The translations under genes and the position numbers were made by a program. DNA of 64,000 nt from Octopus bimaculoides. Taxonomy: Eukaryota. Shown one piece after another: positions 25,914 to 36,655 of this stretch. Each line of letters starts with the position of its first letter. The first letter of the stretch is position 1. A model generated the notes under the pieces. The model had not been told where the DNA came from. It saw only the letters and a program-made list of their open reading frames with translations, and ran no database searches. Location: contig NC_068981.1 in assembly GCF_001194135.2 (NCBI RefSeq), positions 172,137,800 to 172,201,799 on the forward strand. Reading direction: 5' to 3'.

Positions 25914-26510
25914 ACAACAACAACAATAACAACAATAACAACAACAAGACGGTGTGAGGAGGAGTGGTGTGGCGGGAGATGTGACGAGAGAGATGTGGCG
26001 GGAGGTGTGGCGGGAGAGGTNNNNNNNNNNNNNNNNNNNNNNNNNNNNNNNNNNNNNNNNNNNNNNNNNNNNNNNNNNNNNNNNNNNNNNNNNNNNNNNN
26101 NNNNNNNNNNNNNNNNNNNNNNNNNNNNNNNNNNNNNNNNNNNNNNNNNNNNNNNNNNNNNNNNNNNNNNNNNNNNNNNNNNNNNNNNNNNNNNNNNNNN
26201 NNNNNNNNNNNNNNNNNNNNNNNNNNNNNNNNNNNNNNNNNNNNAGGAAAAGGAGGAGGAGCAAGCGGAGAAAGAACAAGAGGAGCAAGAGCAGGAGGAG
26301 CAGGAAGAGGAGGGGAGAAGGGGTGGAAGGGAGAAGTGACGTGAAAGGGGGAGATGGAGGGACAGGAAGGGAGGGAGAGGGAGATGTAGAATGGAGGAGA
26401 AGAGAGGGGATGGTAGGGAGGGAAGGAGGGGAAGGAGTAAGAAAAGGAGGAGGGGGGGAGAAGAAGATTTTGGTTAGAAGAAAGAAAGAAAGAAAGAAAA
26501 AAAGACGAAG
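25745..26510. repeat. (GAA)n plus degenerate polypurine tract, interrupted by a gap
   Basis: Seen directly. Confidence 0.9.
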
Positions 26511-27303
26511 TAATGTTAACGTATGGACAACATAATTTGTCAGTTAAAACGAATTTAACAAGATAGACTCTTACAATTCTTTTCAGGATGTCAAGAAGGG
26601 TGAAGCCTGCATCATGATAGAAACTATTGATTTCCTTCTTTGATATAAAACAACAAATTTACAAGAGTAGGAAATGAGTTTGTACGCCAGATTGTATTCC
26701 AGTAAGATACACGTAAGGTAAGGGGAAATGAGTTTGTTGTGATCGGGAAGTGAAACGTGATCGTAAGCCCAATAGATAAGACTTGCATAGTTCCACCCTA
26801 GGTAGAGAAGTATTTTAATTCATCACTGCACGCTAACGAAACCCTTATTGGTTTAATTTAAGTTGACATACACACCCGTACACACAGACACGGAGACACG
26901 AGCACGCACTCATACATATGTGTGTATGTGTGTTAGTGTATAAGGTTCTCCGTTGATTTCGTTAGTCGCTCAATCAAGTGAATTATGTTAAATTCAGTGG
27001 GTGAGTATTCCAGAGATATATGTAACTTTAACGCAATTCTCAGGCAGAATCAATGTGATATGGTATGTGACTAGACTGTGGCTTAGGATTACAGGTACAA
27101 TCCATCCGACAAGTTTCTGTACAGCTTTAGTCCACCCAGTTTCACTTACAAGATATGGGTCAACCCGAGGTTATAGAAGAGACCATTTGCCCGGGTCCTC
27201 GTGGTGATTCCAAAGCACACTTCTTAATCATTCGACCATACTATACCTATGTGTGTGTGCGCGCGTGTGTATATATGTATGTATATCTATAGAAATGTGT
27301 GTG

Positions 27304-28180
27304 TGTTGGCAAGAAAGTAATTTCGATATTTTAGTGTGAAATAAAAGTCATTTTGTTTTTTCATTCAAAGAATGAACTTTAATCAGTTATATATTTTCCA
27401 TTTTGTTCGATACTTGTTACCATCTCTCTGGCAACTTCATGATTCCGCGCTCATAGAACTTCTGGTCCTTATCAGCCAAAAACTGAAGCAAGTGCGATTT
27501 CAGGTCATCATCATTATTGAAATTTTTACCATTCAAAGAATTTTATAAACTTCGAAATAAATGATAATCTGATGGTGCAAGGTTAGGGCTATATGCTGGA
27601 TGTGACATCACTTTCCACCCAAGCTCCAACAATTTTTCACAAGTTAGCAAAGACGTGTGTGGTCTGGTGTTGTCATAGTGGAACACGATTCCTTTACGAT
27701 CTGCCAATTCTGGCCCGTTTTTTTTTTTTTTTTTTTTCTTTTTTTTCATTGCTACCCCTGGTTTCATTAGTTGTTGACTTTAAACATCTGAATTGATCGC
27801 TTGGTTCCTCGGAAGCAGCTCAAAATACACAAGACTTTAGTAATCCTACCAAACTGACAGCATGACCTTTTTTTGATGCAATTCAGCTTTCGATGTGGCT
27901 TGTTCTCTGCATATGAAATTATATGACAATCAAATTCAATTATGGTTTTGATTCGGTCATCATCAACTTCAGTAGTTCGACCAGAACGTTGGTTGACTTT
28001 GGTAAAAATAGCAGCTAAATCTTCTTTAAATTGCACTCTATTGTCTTTAAAATCGTTGGGCACATTGGACAATCTTAGATACACAGGGCCTGAGACAGAA
28101 GCATGATGAGCACAGCTGCAAAGCTTCTGATGATGTCTGTTTACTCAGTGATGACCTGAGAAATAAGAACGTCGAAAATA
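27304..28180 (-). mobile_element. Mariner (DD34D-type) transposase remnant, internally deleted
   Basis: SGRTTEVDDDRIKTII...; RKGIVFHYDNTRPHTSLLTCEKLLELGWKVMSHPAYSPNLAPSDYHLFRSL. TIR-like gttggcaagaaagtaatttcg at ~27305; no second TIR seen. Confidence 0.9.
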
Positions 28181-28279
28181 ACAACAACAGCCGTAATGGT
28201 TGAAGCTTTTCACTCATTTCGCGATTGTCTTTTTACTTTCGTGCAAAGGTATTTTCTTTTCTCTCGGACAGTTTTCTTC

Positions 28280-28461
28280 TTTTCTCTCTCTCTCTCTCCC
28301 TCTCTCACTCTCTCTCTCTCTATCTATCTATCTCTCTCACTCTATCTCTTTCTCTCTCTCTCTCTTACTCTCTCTCTCCCTCTCTCTCTCTTTCTCCCTC
28401 CATCTCTATCTCCCTCTCTCTCTCTTTCTCCCTCCATCTCTATCTCTCTCTCTCTCTCTCT
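28280..28461. repeat. (CT)n/(CTAT) microsatellite
   Basis: Seen directly. Confidence 0.9.
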
Positions 28462-29499
28462 GATTGAAATAACGATTTCCAACTTACACAAGGCTATATA
28501 ATTTATAAGAGGAAAAAGATAATGTATGGCTTTCGTGCCATTGGCAGCATAAGTAGAAGAAAATTGGTTACAAGTGAGGAATTTTGATACCTTGCCATAC
28601 GGAGTGAGTTCTCCAGGAGCTTAATCTCTTGCTGTGAGACTCTCTTTGAATCCGAAAGAAAACGCCGATACTGAAAATAAGAAATTTAACCCAATTTACT
28701 CGATATCTTTTGAATATGCACTGCGAGTATTGTAGTTCTAAGAAAACTGCTTGGCACACTATACCAAAGAAATATTCTTAGGATTTTAATATCTTTATAA
28801 TAGCGTTTTTCTTTCTCTATCGTCAAAAATGATCGGAGTTTGAAAAGCTATTTTTTGTTGTTGTTTTAGCTTTGGGTTTGTTTTTTTGTTCATTTTAAGA
28901 CAATCGATATATCTATTGTGGAGGCCCAAGTCAATGTTTGTGACTGTTTTGTGTGGTTTTTGTTATGGTTTTGTTTCTTTGCTTCTCATTTCTTTTTTTT
29001 TTTTCTCTCTCTATTTCTTTATTCAATGGGAAAATATGAATACTTCTCACGGTTGAAAAATAAAATTGAAAATATCAGGTGTGTATTTAAGAAACAAAAA
29101 ATGAAAATGAATTAGAAATTAGAGGCCACCACTTAATTCGGAAGCTGGGGAAAAGTAGGGTAGGGATTAGTTAAGTCATAGTCAATCGATAACCACCTGC
29201 CTAAAAATGATCATTGCTTATATAAAGTTTCAAAAACAAAGCCCCAGTTCAGCAATAGCTTTGACCCATATAAAGAACATTACAATGCATTAAATAAATA
29301 TAGTCTGATTTGTTGAAGCAGTATAAAGGATATTGATTAAAATGTACTGGCTCAGTTTTCAAAAGCACAGATACCGGTGTTTTTGTAAACATTTCTGATC
29401 ATGTGATGCAGTTGCTGTTGTAATTGTTGTTGTTGTTGACGTTGTCGGTATTGCTGCTGTTCTTGGTATAACTTCGCCACCATATGCTGGCCCTGACTA

Positions 29500-29793
29500 A
29501 ACAGACCTATTCTTTTCGTTAACTCGTTTCAGTTCATTGGAAGGCGGCCGTGCCGAAGAACCATCTTGATAGGTTTAGTCGGTCAAATTGACCCCGATAC
29601 ATATTTCAAGTGTGCTACTTCTATCAGCATCCCTTTTGCCGAACCGCTAAGGTAAGAGGGCGTAAGCATTCCGACACCAATGAGGCGAGAGCCGAACAAA
29701 AACAAAAAGACGCACATGTACACACAAGCATACACAGAGAAACGGACAGACAGACAGAAAGACAGGCGAACGGACGGACAGACAAACAGACAA

Positions 29794-29861
<68 letters not shown>

Positions 29862-30062
29862 TTGTCAAAATTAAAATAAACAATATATGTCATCACCTGA
29901 CAAAATGAAGCAAACATCATTATGTATGCACGTAAGACGGTCTTTTGTATAGTTTCCATCTATCAGGCTTCACTCATAAAGATACTTGCCCAAGGTACTG
30001 CACAGTGCGACTGAACTTGAGAACACGTGGTTGTGAAGCAAGCTGTTCAACCACATAACATG
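29500..30062 (-). mobile_element. Degenerate bipartite CORE-like SINE (type C) with internal microsatellite
   Basis: CORE-like acttgcccaaggt at ~29985. The 3' half (cttttgccgaaccgctaag...) lies on the other side of a (GACA)/(GATA) tract. Confidence 0.6.
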
Positions 30063-30327
30063 CTTATCTCTTGTTCGAACATTCTGGCCAACTTATTGAA
30101 ATACTGTACCGATGATATGTCCCTCTCGTTTTAAGACGATGGGTAGAGTAGCCACGTAGTGACAGGTCTTATTGGCTGATTGTTGTAATTACTTTTGCAG
30201 AAGTTTTCGTCTTCGCTGTTGTTGTTTAGCTCCAGACCAGCTCTAATAGACTTATAACCAAAGGTACATTTCAACCATTAGCATTCCCTTTTGTTTACAT
30301 GTGTGTGTGTGTGTGCTCGTGTTATTT

Positions 30328-30726
30328 TTTATCTTTTACTTGTTTCAGTCAATGGACTGCGGCCATACTTGGGCACCGCCTCGAAGGGTTAATCGAACAA
30401 ACCGACATCAGTACTAATTTTTTAAAGTCTGATAATTATTCTAGCAGTCCCTTTTACCAAACCGTTAAGTTACGGGGACATAGACAAACCAACACACCAG
30501 CTGTCGAACGGTGATGTGGACAAACATAAGCACAAAGACAAACACAACACATATTGATATATACGACAAGCTTCTTTCAGTTTCCGTCTACCAAATTCAC
30601 TCATAAGGCTTTGGTTGGCCCTGAGCTAGAGTAGAAGACACTTGTCCAAGGTGCCTCTCAGTGGGACTGAACCAGAAACCGTGTGGTTCAGAAGAAAACT
30701 CCTTACTACACAGTCACGCCTGCACC
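30328..30726 (-). mobile_element. Bipartite CORE-like SINE (type C)
   Basis: ttttacttgtttcagtc..actgcggccat tail; cagtttccgtctaccaaat.cactca.aaggctttgg...gacacttgtccaaggtgcc 5' half. Confidence 0.85.
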
Positions 30727-30823
30727 TAACAAACCATACCTGTGCCTATGTGTGCGTCTGTGTGTGTGTGTGTGTGTATGTGTGTGTGTGTGTGTCTGTC
30801 TGTCTGTCTGTGTATGTGTCTGT

Positions 30824-30865
<42 letters not shown>

Positions 30866-31078
30866 TGGTATGACTTTAAACTGCATCTGGTAGTGGGGCC
30901 GTGAGTTCCATGATTTTGAGGATCATGGAACCACCTCTTAGCCACTAGTGTTCCCAGGTCTACTCTGATCCGGAGCAGTAGTGTCTGTTAGGGAGTGAAG
31001 GACTCCTACTTCTCGTTAGCACTTCCTTCTAGAAGAAAGTAAACTCATATACGAACCTGAAGTGTAATCGGTTTCTAG

Positions 31079-31145
31079 TTGTCACAGCCTCTGTTATGAC
31101 ACTGGTATAGTAGCTGATTGCGCTGAAAAGTGGGATCAGTGCTAT
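31079..31145 (+). CDS. Candidate Cys-rich exon (phase 2 to 0), xCHSLCYDTGIVADCAEKWDQCY
   Basis: gtaatcggtttctag acceptor, consensus donor TAT|gtaagt. Only one frame is open, and it is phase-compatible with 25513-25543. Confidence 0.5.
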
Positions 31146-31298
31146 GTAAGTTTATCCATTCATAACAAATTCGCACACATGAACTTCTTGGACTCTCGGA
31201 ACAATGCATAGACTTACTGAGTTTAGGAAGTGGTCTTACTCAGACACAAGTTGACTTCCACCATATACAGGGTCTTGCAGATAAATTGAGACAAATTT

Positions 31299-31680
31299 TA
31301 AGCAGTTGGCTCAACCACATGGCTCCAGGTTCAGTCCCACTGTGTCGCACCTTGTGTCTTCTACTAGCCTCGGGTCAACCAAAGTTTTTGAATGGATTTG
31401 GTAGAGGGAAACTGAAAGAAGCCCGTCGTATGTATATATATATATATGCAATATTTGTGTGTGTCTGTGTTTGTCCCCCATCATCGCTTGACAACCGAAG
31501 CTGGTGTGTTTACGTCCCCGTAACTTAGCGGTTTGGCAAAAGAACCGATAGAATAAGTACTAGGCTTACGAAGTATAAGTCCTGGGGTCGATTTCTCTGA
31601 CTAACACCCTTTAAGGTGGTGCTCCTACATGGCCGCAGTCAAATGGCTGAAACAAGTAAAAGAATAAAAGAATAAAAGAA
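31299..31680 (+). mobile_element. Bipartite CORE-like SINE (type C)
   Basis: Same family as 30328-30726 in the opposite orientation, with an internal (TA)/(TG) tract. Confidence 0.85.
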
Positions 31681-31682
31681 TA

Positions 31683-31736
<54 letters not shown>

Positions 31737-31769
31737 GAGAGAGATGGGGGGAGATGTATGCATATTCGT

Positions 31770-32150
31770 CGTCGGCTGTTCGCCGTTCGTCGACATTGAC
31801 AATTCTATTCAGAACTCTAGACAAAACGCCTTGGACTGTGAGTAAGGCAGTTGGCGTCGTCTCTTCATGAGATTGCTTCTTCGCGCCTCCACACCAGGTA
31901 CCAAGTGGTGTACAAGAGTTCAACGAGTATAGTCTATGATGTGGCTGTCCCACAGTAGCAGCTCAATAGCTAGTTGAAGCCCAACCGTTGTCTGACGACA
32001 CAGGTCTTCCGTTTGGCCGCAATAACCTTCAAGTCGTTGGTCAGGGACCTTCTCAGTTATCCAATGTTCTACTGCCGGTGCTTTCATCTAAGGTATTGCT
32101 GACCCTTGCCCAAGATGTCACTCCAATCTACGAATTGAAGGGACGACTTA
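31770..32150 (-). mobile_element. Possible RTE LINE 3' end remnant
   Basis: GC-richer block with minus-strand KGQQYLR*K (cf. RGRPQLRYKD) ending in a gacgacga-type tail. The match is weak. Confidence 0.35.
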
Positions 32151-32434
32151 CTTTCCCTTTTAAAGCCTGCCACTGATGTGGGTGTGTGTGTGTTATAATT
32201 ACTCAATGTTCCCTTTCTTTTTAATCAGGAGTGCCTTATTTAAGGAACATTTTGGTTGGCACTGTTTTGGTTTTTGCTTTTGTTTCTTTTTCTGGCTGAA
32301 GAGCGATTACATTATTGTCGTTTGAGTCATTGTCATCGTCCTTGCTGTTGTAGTTGTTCTTAATCACCTACGCTTGAGCAAATGCATGATATGTCGGATT
32401 AACTGAGGCATTTTGTCGACATTTCAAGCTGTAA

Positions 32435-32442
32435 TTCTCTCC

Positions 32443-32482
<40 letters not shown>

Positions 32483-32505
32483 CTCTCTCTCTCTCTCGCT
32501 CTCTC

Positions 32506-32536
<31 letters not shown>

Positions 32537-32635
32537 CTATCTCTTTCTCTCTCTCTCTCTCTCTCTCGCTCTCTCTCTATCTATCTATCTATCTCTATCT
32601 CTTTCTCTCTCTCTCTCTCTCTCTCTCGCTCTCTC

Positions 32636-32666
<31 letters not shown>
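32435..32666. repeat. (CT)n/(CTAT)n microsatellite with a repeated higher-order unit
   Basis: The unit ...ctctcgctctctctatctatctatct... recurs three times. Confidence 0.9.
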
Positions 32667-32667
<1 letters not shown>

Positions 32668-32749
32668 AAAAAAAAATCCAAAAAAGAAACAAAAAGGCAA
32701 AAGAGAGTCACTTACTGTTATAGTATCTTCAATAACAATGACAATATTG

Positions 32750-33050
32750 ACCAAGGTTACCGTGGTTTTTTCCGTAGGCTTTTTTTTTCCACGGTTAAAC
32801 CCAAACTGTCCTCCCCTTTTTACACGAGAACATTACTGTGATACACGATCCCTATTGATCGCTATTTCTTTTTTTTTTCTCGATCCCTTTTGATCGAACT
32901 CCCCCCTTTTTCCTTCCTACGATCCCTTTTGATCGACACCCCCCTACTTCCCTTTTTCCCTTCCTCCTCCCCAAAAGAAAAGCTCTACATTGTATTTGTC
33001 CCATCTTTGTTGAGCCCTGTGTGGCTAATAAAAGAACTGTATCTATCTAT
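32750..33050 (+). mobile_element. Probable 5'-truncated retroelement 3' end whose tail resembles the 184-bp module tail
   Basis: Three gatccc(t/.)ttgatcg motifs, then ttgtatttgtcccatctttgttgagccctgtgtggctaataaaagaa, running into (TATC)n. Confidence 0.5.
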
Positions 33051-34168
33051 CTGTCTGTCCGCCTGTCTGTTTATCTGTTTATCAATCTGCCTCGCTAGCT
33101 ATCCATCTATCTCTACTTATCTAGCTTTTTTATCTATTTATGTCTCATCTTTTATTCTTGGACATCTTGTACTGTAATTTTGAAATTTAAGACCCGTTAT
33201 TCTACACAATAAAGCTGACTAAACTGTTGCATAGCATGTTCTCACCACTATTTGTTATTTAGCATCCGTATCAGCTCGAGTCGAACAAATTCGTGATCAC
33301 TGGTGTTCCAGTCGTGACTATCCAGCGTTTTATTCATACGAAATGTAAATGGGACTGCATTACATAACGTATCTTTCGTGTTCATGCTTAATTTCAGGTT
33401 AACACTGACTGTGTAGACTTATCATCAAAGACTTTCAGCATTTCGTCCTTCTCTCAGGCATTTTCTGTTTAGGACTCCATTATTCAAAACTGCCAGGTTG
33501 TGATTTGGGGATTTTTTTTTTGTTGTTATTTCCTGTAAGTCAAGTGACAATGTAAATGTTCCCTCGTTGACTCATTATATCCATAGGTTTGTTTATTTCA
33601 AATACCTCCATGTTTGATTTTTGCTTTTTATTTTTATTTTATTTTATTTTATTCATTTTTTTTTTTTTTTAATGATGAAAGAAACAGCAGCAATAGCAAA
33701 GGGAGTTATTAAGTTACTTAGCTACAACTTTTGGATAATTTTTATACATAATAAACCAGTCTGTGTATCAAACTTAATGCAGACATATCATTGAAAGTCG
33801 AATTAACTGTCCTGGAATAGTATCTCTTACAGATGTACAGTGTTAAAAAAACATAGAAAAATATATCAGTAATTGACAAAAATCTTCCAGCAGCTGTGGT
33901 GGCTTTACTAATTACGAATTTCTACCTCTTTGAGCTTCGTCAATAGCAAGTATCCATTGACAGCAGCATGCTAAGGCAAAATCTGTTGGCTAATTACAGC
34001 ATCAGTAGTTTTTCGGTCACTGTTTTACTATATCATTAAAGGTGACTTTTATTTTAGCAAGCAGTTACCAGTGGATAATTGCTACTGACGAAGTGAAAGA
34101 TGCGGAAATACGCATCTAGCAATACCACCGCCGCTGCTGGACGTCTTTCGTAAGTTACTGATATATAT

Positions 34169-35079
34169 ATTACTCTTTTACTTGTTTCAGTCATTTGAAT
34201 GCGGCCATGCTAGAATACTACCTTAAAGGGTTTTAGTCGAAGCAATCGACCCTAGGATTTATTCTTTCTAAGCCAAGTACTTATTCAATCGGTCACTTTT
34301 TGTCAAACCGCTAATTTACGGGGACGTAAACACACCAGCATCGGTTGTCAAGCAGTGGAGGTGGGAACAGACGCAGACACAAAGACACACTCACANNNNN
34401 NNNNNNNNNNNNNNNNNNNNNNNNNNNNNNNNNNNNNNNNNNNNNNNNNNNNNNNNNNNNNNNNNNNNNNNNNNNNNNNNNNNNNNNNNNNNNNNNNNNN
34501 NNNNNNNNNNNNNNNNNNNNNNNNNNNNNNNNNNNNNNNNNNNNNNNNNNNNNNNNNNNNNNNNNNNNNTATATGTATATATATGTATATATATATATAA
34601 AGTGTAGTATATTGCCACTTAAGTGTGGCTGACCCCTAGGGGTGGATGTTACTGTTGCTTTTAGCCCCAGGAGGACATCTCCTCCAGCTGGCTTATCGAC
34701 ACACGACTGTGTCCTGTTTGCCAAGGGTAGTTATCCCTCTCACCAACGTTCGTGCTGCAGATGTTGGTGAGAGGGATAACTACCCTTGGCAAACAGGACA
34801 CAGTCGTGTGTCGATAAGCCAGCTGGAGGAGATGTCCTCCTGGGGCTAAAAGCAACAGTAACATCCACCCCTAGGGGTCAGCCACACTTAAGTGGCAATA
34901 TACTACACTTTATATATATATATACACATGTATATATGCAGATTCCGTCTACCAAATCCACTCACAAGGCTTTGGTCGGCACGGGGCTATGGTAGAAGGC
35001 ACTTGTCCACGGTGCCACGCAGTGGGACTGAACCTAGAACCATGTGGTTAGGAAGCAAGCTTCTTACCACACAGTCACG
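34169..35079 (-). mobile_element. Bipartite CORE-like SINE (type C) hosting the foldback element in its internal microsatellite
   Basis: 3' half at 34169-34395, 5' half at 34940-35079. Confidence 0.85.
34600..34910. mobile_element. 311-bp perfect foldback element in (TA)n
   Basis: Arms 34600-34747 and 34763-34910 are exact reverse complements (148 bp). Loop gttcgtgctgcagat; TA on both sides. Confidence 0.92.
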
Positions 35080-35095
35080 ATATATATACATGTGT

Positions 35096-35172
<77 letters not shown>

Positions 35173-35444
35173 TGTATGTGTTTAACACTGTACATCTGTA
35201 AAAGATACCCTCTCAAGACGAATATGACAGTTAATTAGGCTTTCAATGATATGCCTGCCTTAAGTATGACACAAATTGCTATTTCAAATTAATGCTGCTT
35301 CTGCCGCACGTAACGAATTAATACTTGTAAAGTTATGCCATTGGAAAGAATGTTATCAAAATATGATATAGGAATGTATTTTTATATGTAGCAAAATCAT
35401 ACATGAGGTTACTTAGAACAAAATAGTGCTTTCAAATTTTTGGC

Positions 35445-35652
35445 ACAAGGCTAGCAATTTCGGGAGAAGGGTTAAGTTGATTACATCGCCCCCAGTGCTT
35501 AACTGGTATTTATTTTATCGACCTCGAAAGGATGAAAGGCAAAGTTGACTTCGGCAGTATTTGAATTCATGGTGGGGGGAGAAGTAAATACGGGCGAAAT
35601 GCCGCTGAGAATTTTGCCCGATGTGCTAACGATTCATCCAGCTTGCTGCCTC
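35445..35652 (-). mobile_element. Type B SINE without the module (empty site)
   Basis: Continuous gggcgaaatgcc|gctgagaatt at the position where the module sits in the two filled copies. Confidence 0.8.
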
Positions 35653-36532
35653 GCCCAGCAGTGAGTATTAACTTGAATAAAGTTAAAAAGTGGAGCAGAT
35701 CAAAGCAATGTAATTATGTTCAAGCAACTGATTACCGTTTGTTCAACATGTGTTCAGCACATGAGTATAGGCGGTTCGTTAACTAGCTATGTTTTATTTG
35801 TTTTGATTTTTTAAAATTTATTCAAGGTTAGATCCTAGAGAACTAAATAGTTCGAGGACTGAATACTTTATCGTTCATGATGTAAGGAAGTTGTTGAAGC
35901 TGTTGTCATTGTTGTCGTCATCACTGCTGTTACTGCAGTTGTTATTGTTGTTACTACTGCTGTTATTTCTGTTGTTTAGTTGATTCACAATACTGATTTA
36001 CAAGACTTTATAATCAAAGACGTTCCAACCATAACAATATTATACAGTATGTACTTAATTTTTTTTTCTTTGAGGCGGGTGCGGAGGGATGGTAGAGTAT
36101 GATTTATAGGAATTTCGACTATAATTTCTAACACACCGAGCGACCGCGTAGAGCTTCTTTCTTTGGCAAGACGGTATTCTGGTGTAGTACGTGTGGTACA
36201 TGTTCTTATATATGATGCAAAGTCACCAGTCGGGCGAGGGCAGATAAAGGTTTTGGGTGTTGCCTTAAGTAGTTAAAATAAAGTAAAACACCCAAAAATA
36301 TGACCAAATAACCAACCAACCAAACAAACAAACAAACAAACAAACAAACAGATGAATGATAATGTGAAAGAAAATAAACGGGTCGAACAGGTTTTTATAT
36401 TTATTGGGAGATCATCTTCAGAAACACGAATTATATACTATTTCGTTCACTAAGTGAATAACTGCGCAACACAGGAAAACCAGTAAATCGTTAAACTTCC
36501 CTATACATCAACAAAACACAAAGAAAATAAAC

Positions 36533-36554
36533 GAAAGAAAGAAAGAAAGAACGA

Positions 36555-36613
<59 letters not shown>

Positions 36614-36623
36614 GAAGAAAGAG

Positions 36624-36654
<31 letters not shown>

Positions 36655-36655
36655 A
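36533..36655. repeat. (GAAA)n microsatellite
   Basis: Seen directly. Confidence 0.95.

Noticed and set aside
34646-34864. Mirror-image 67-aa ORFs on both strands
   Set aside because: A by-product of the palindrome, not a gene.
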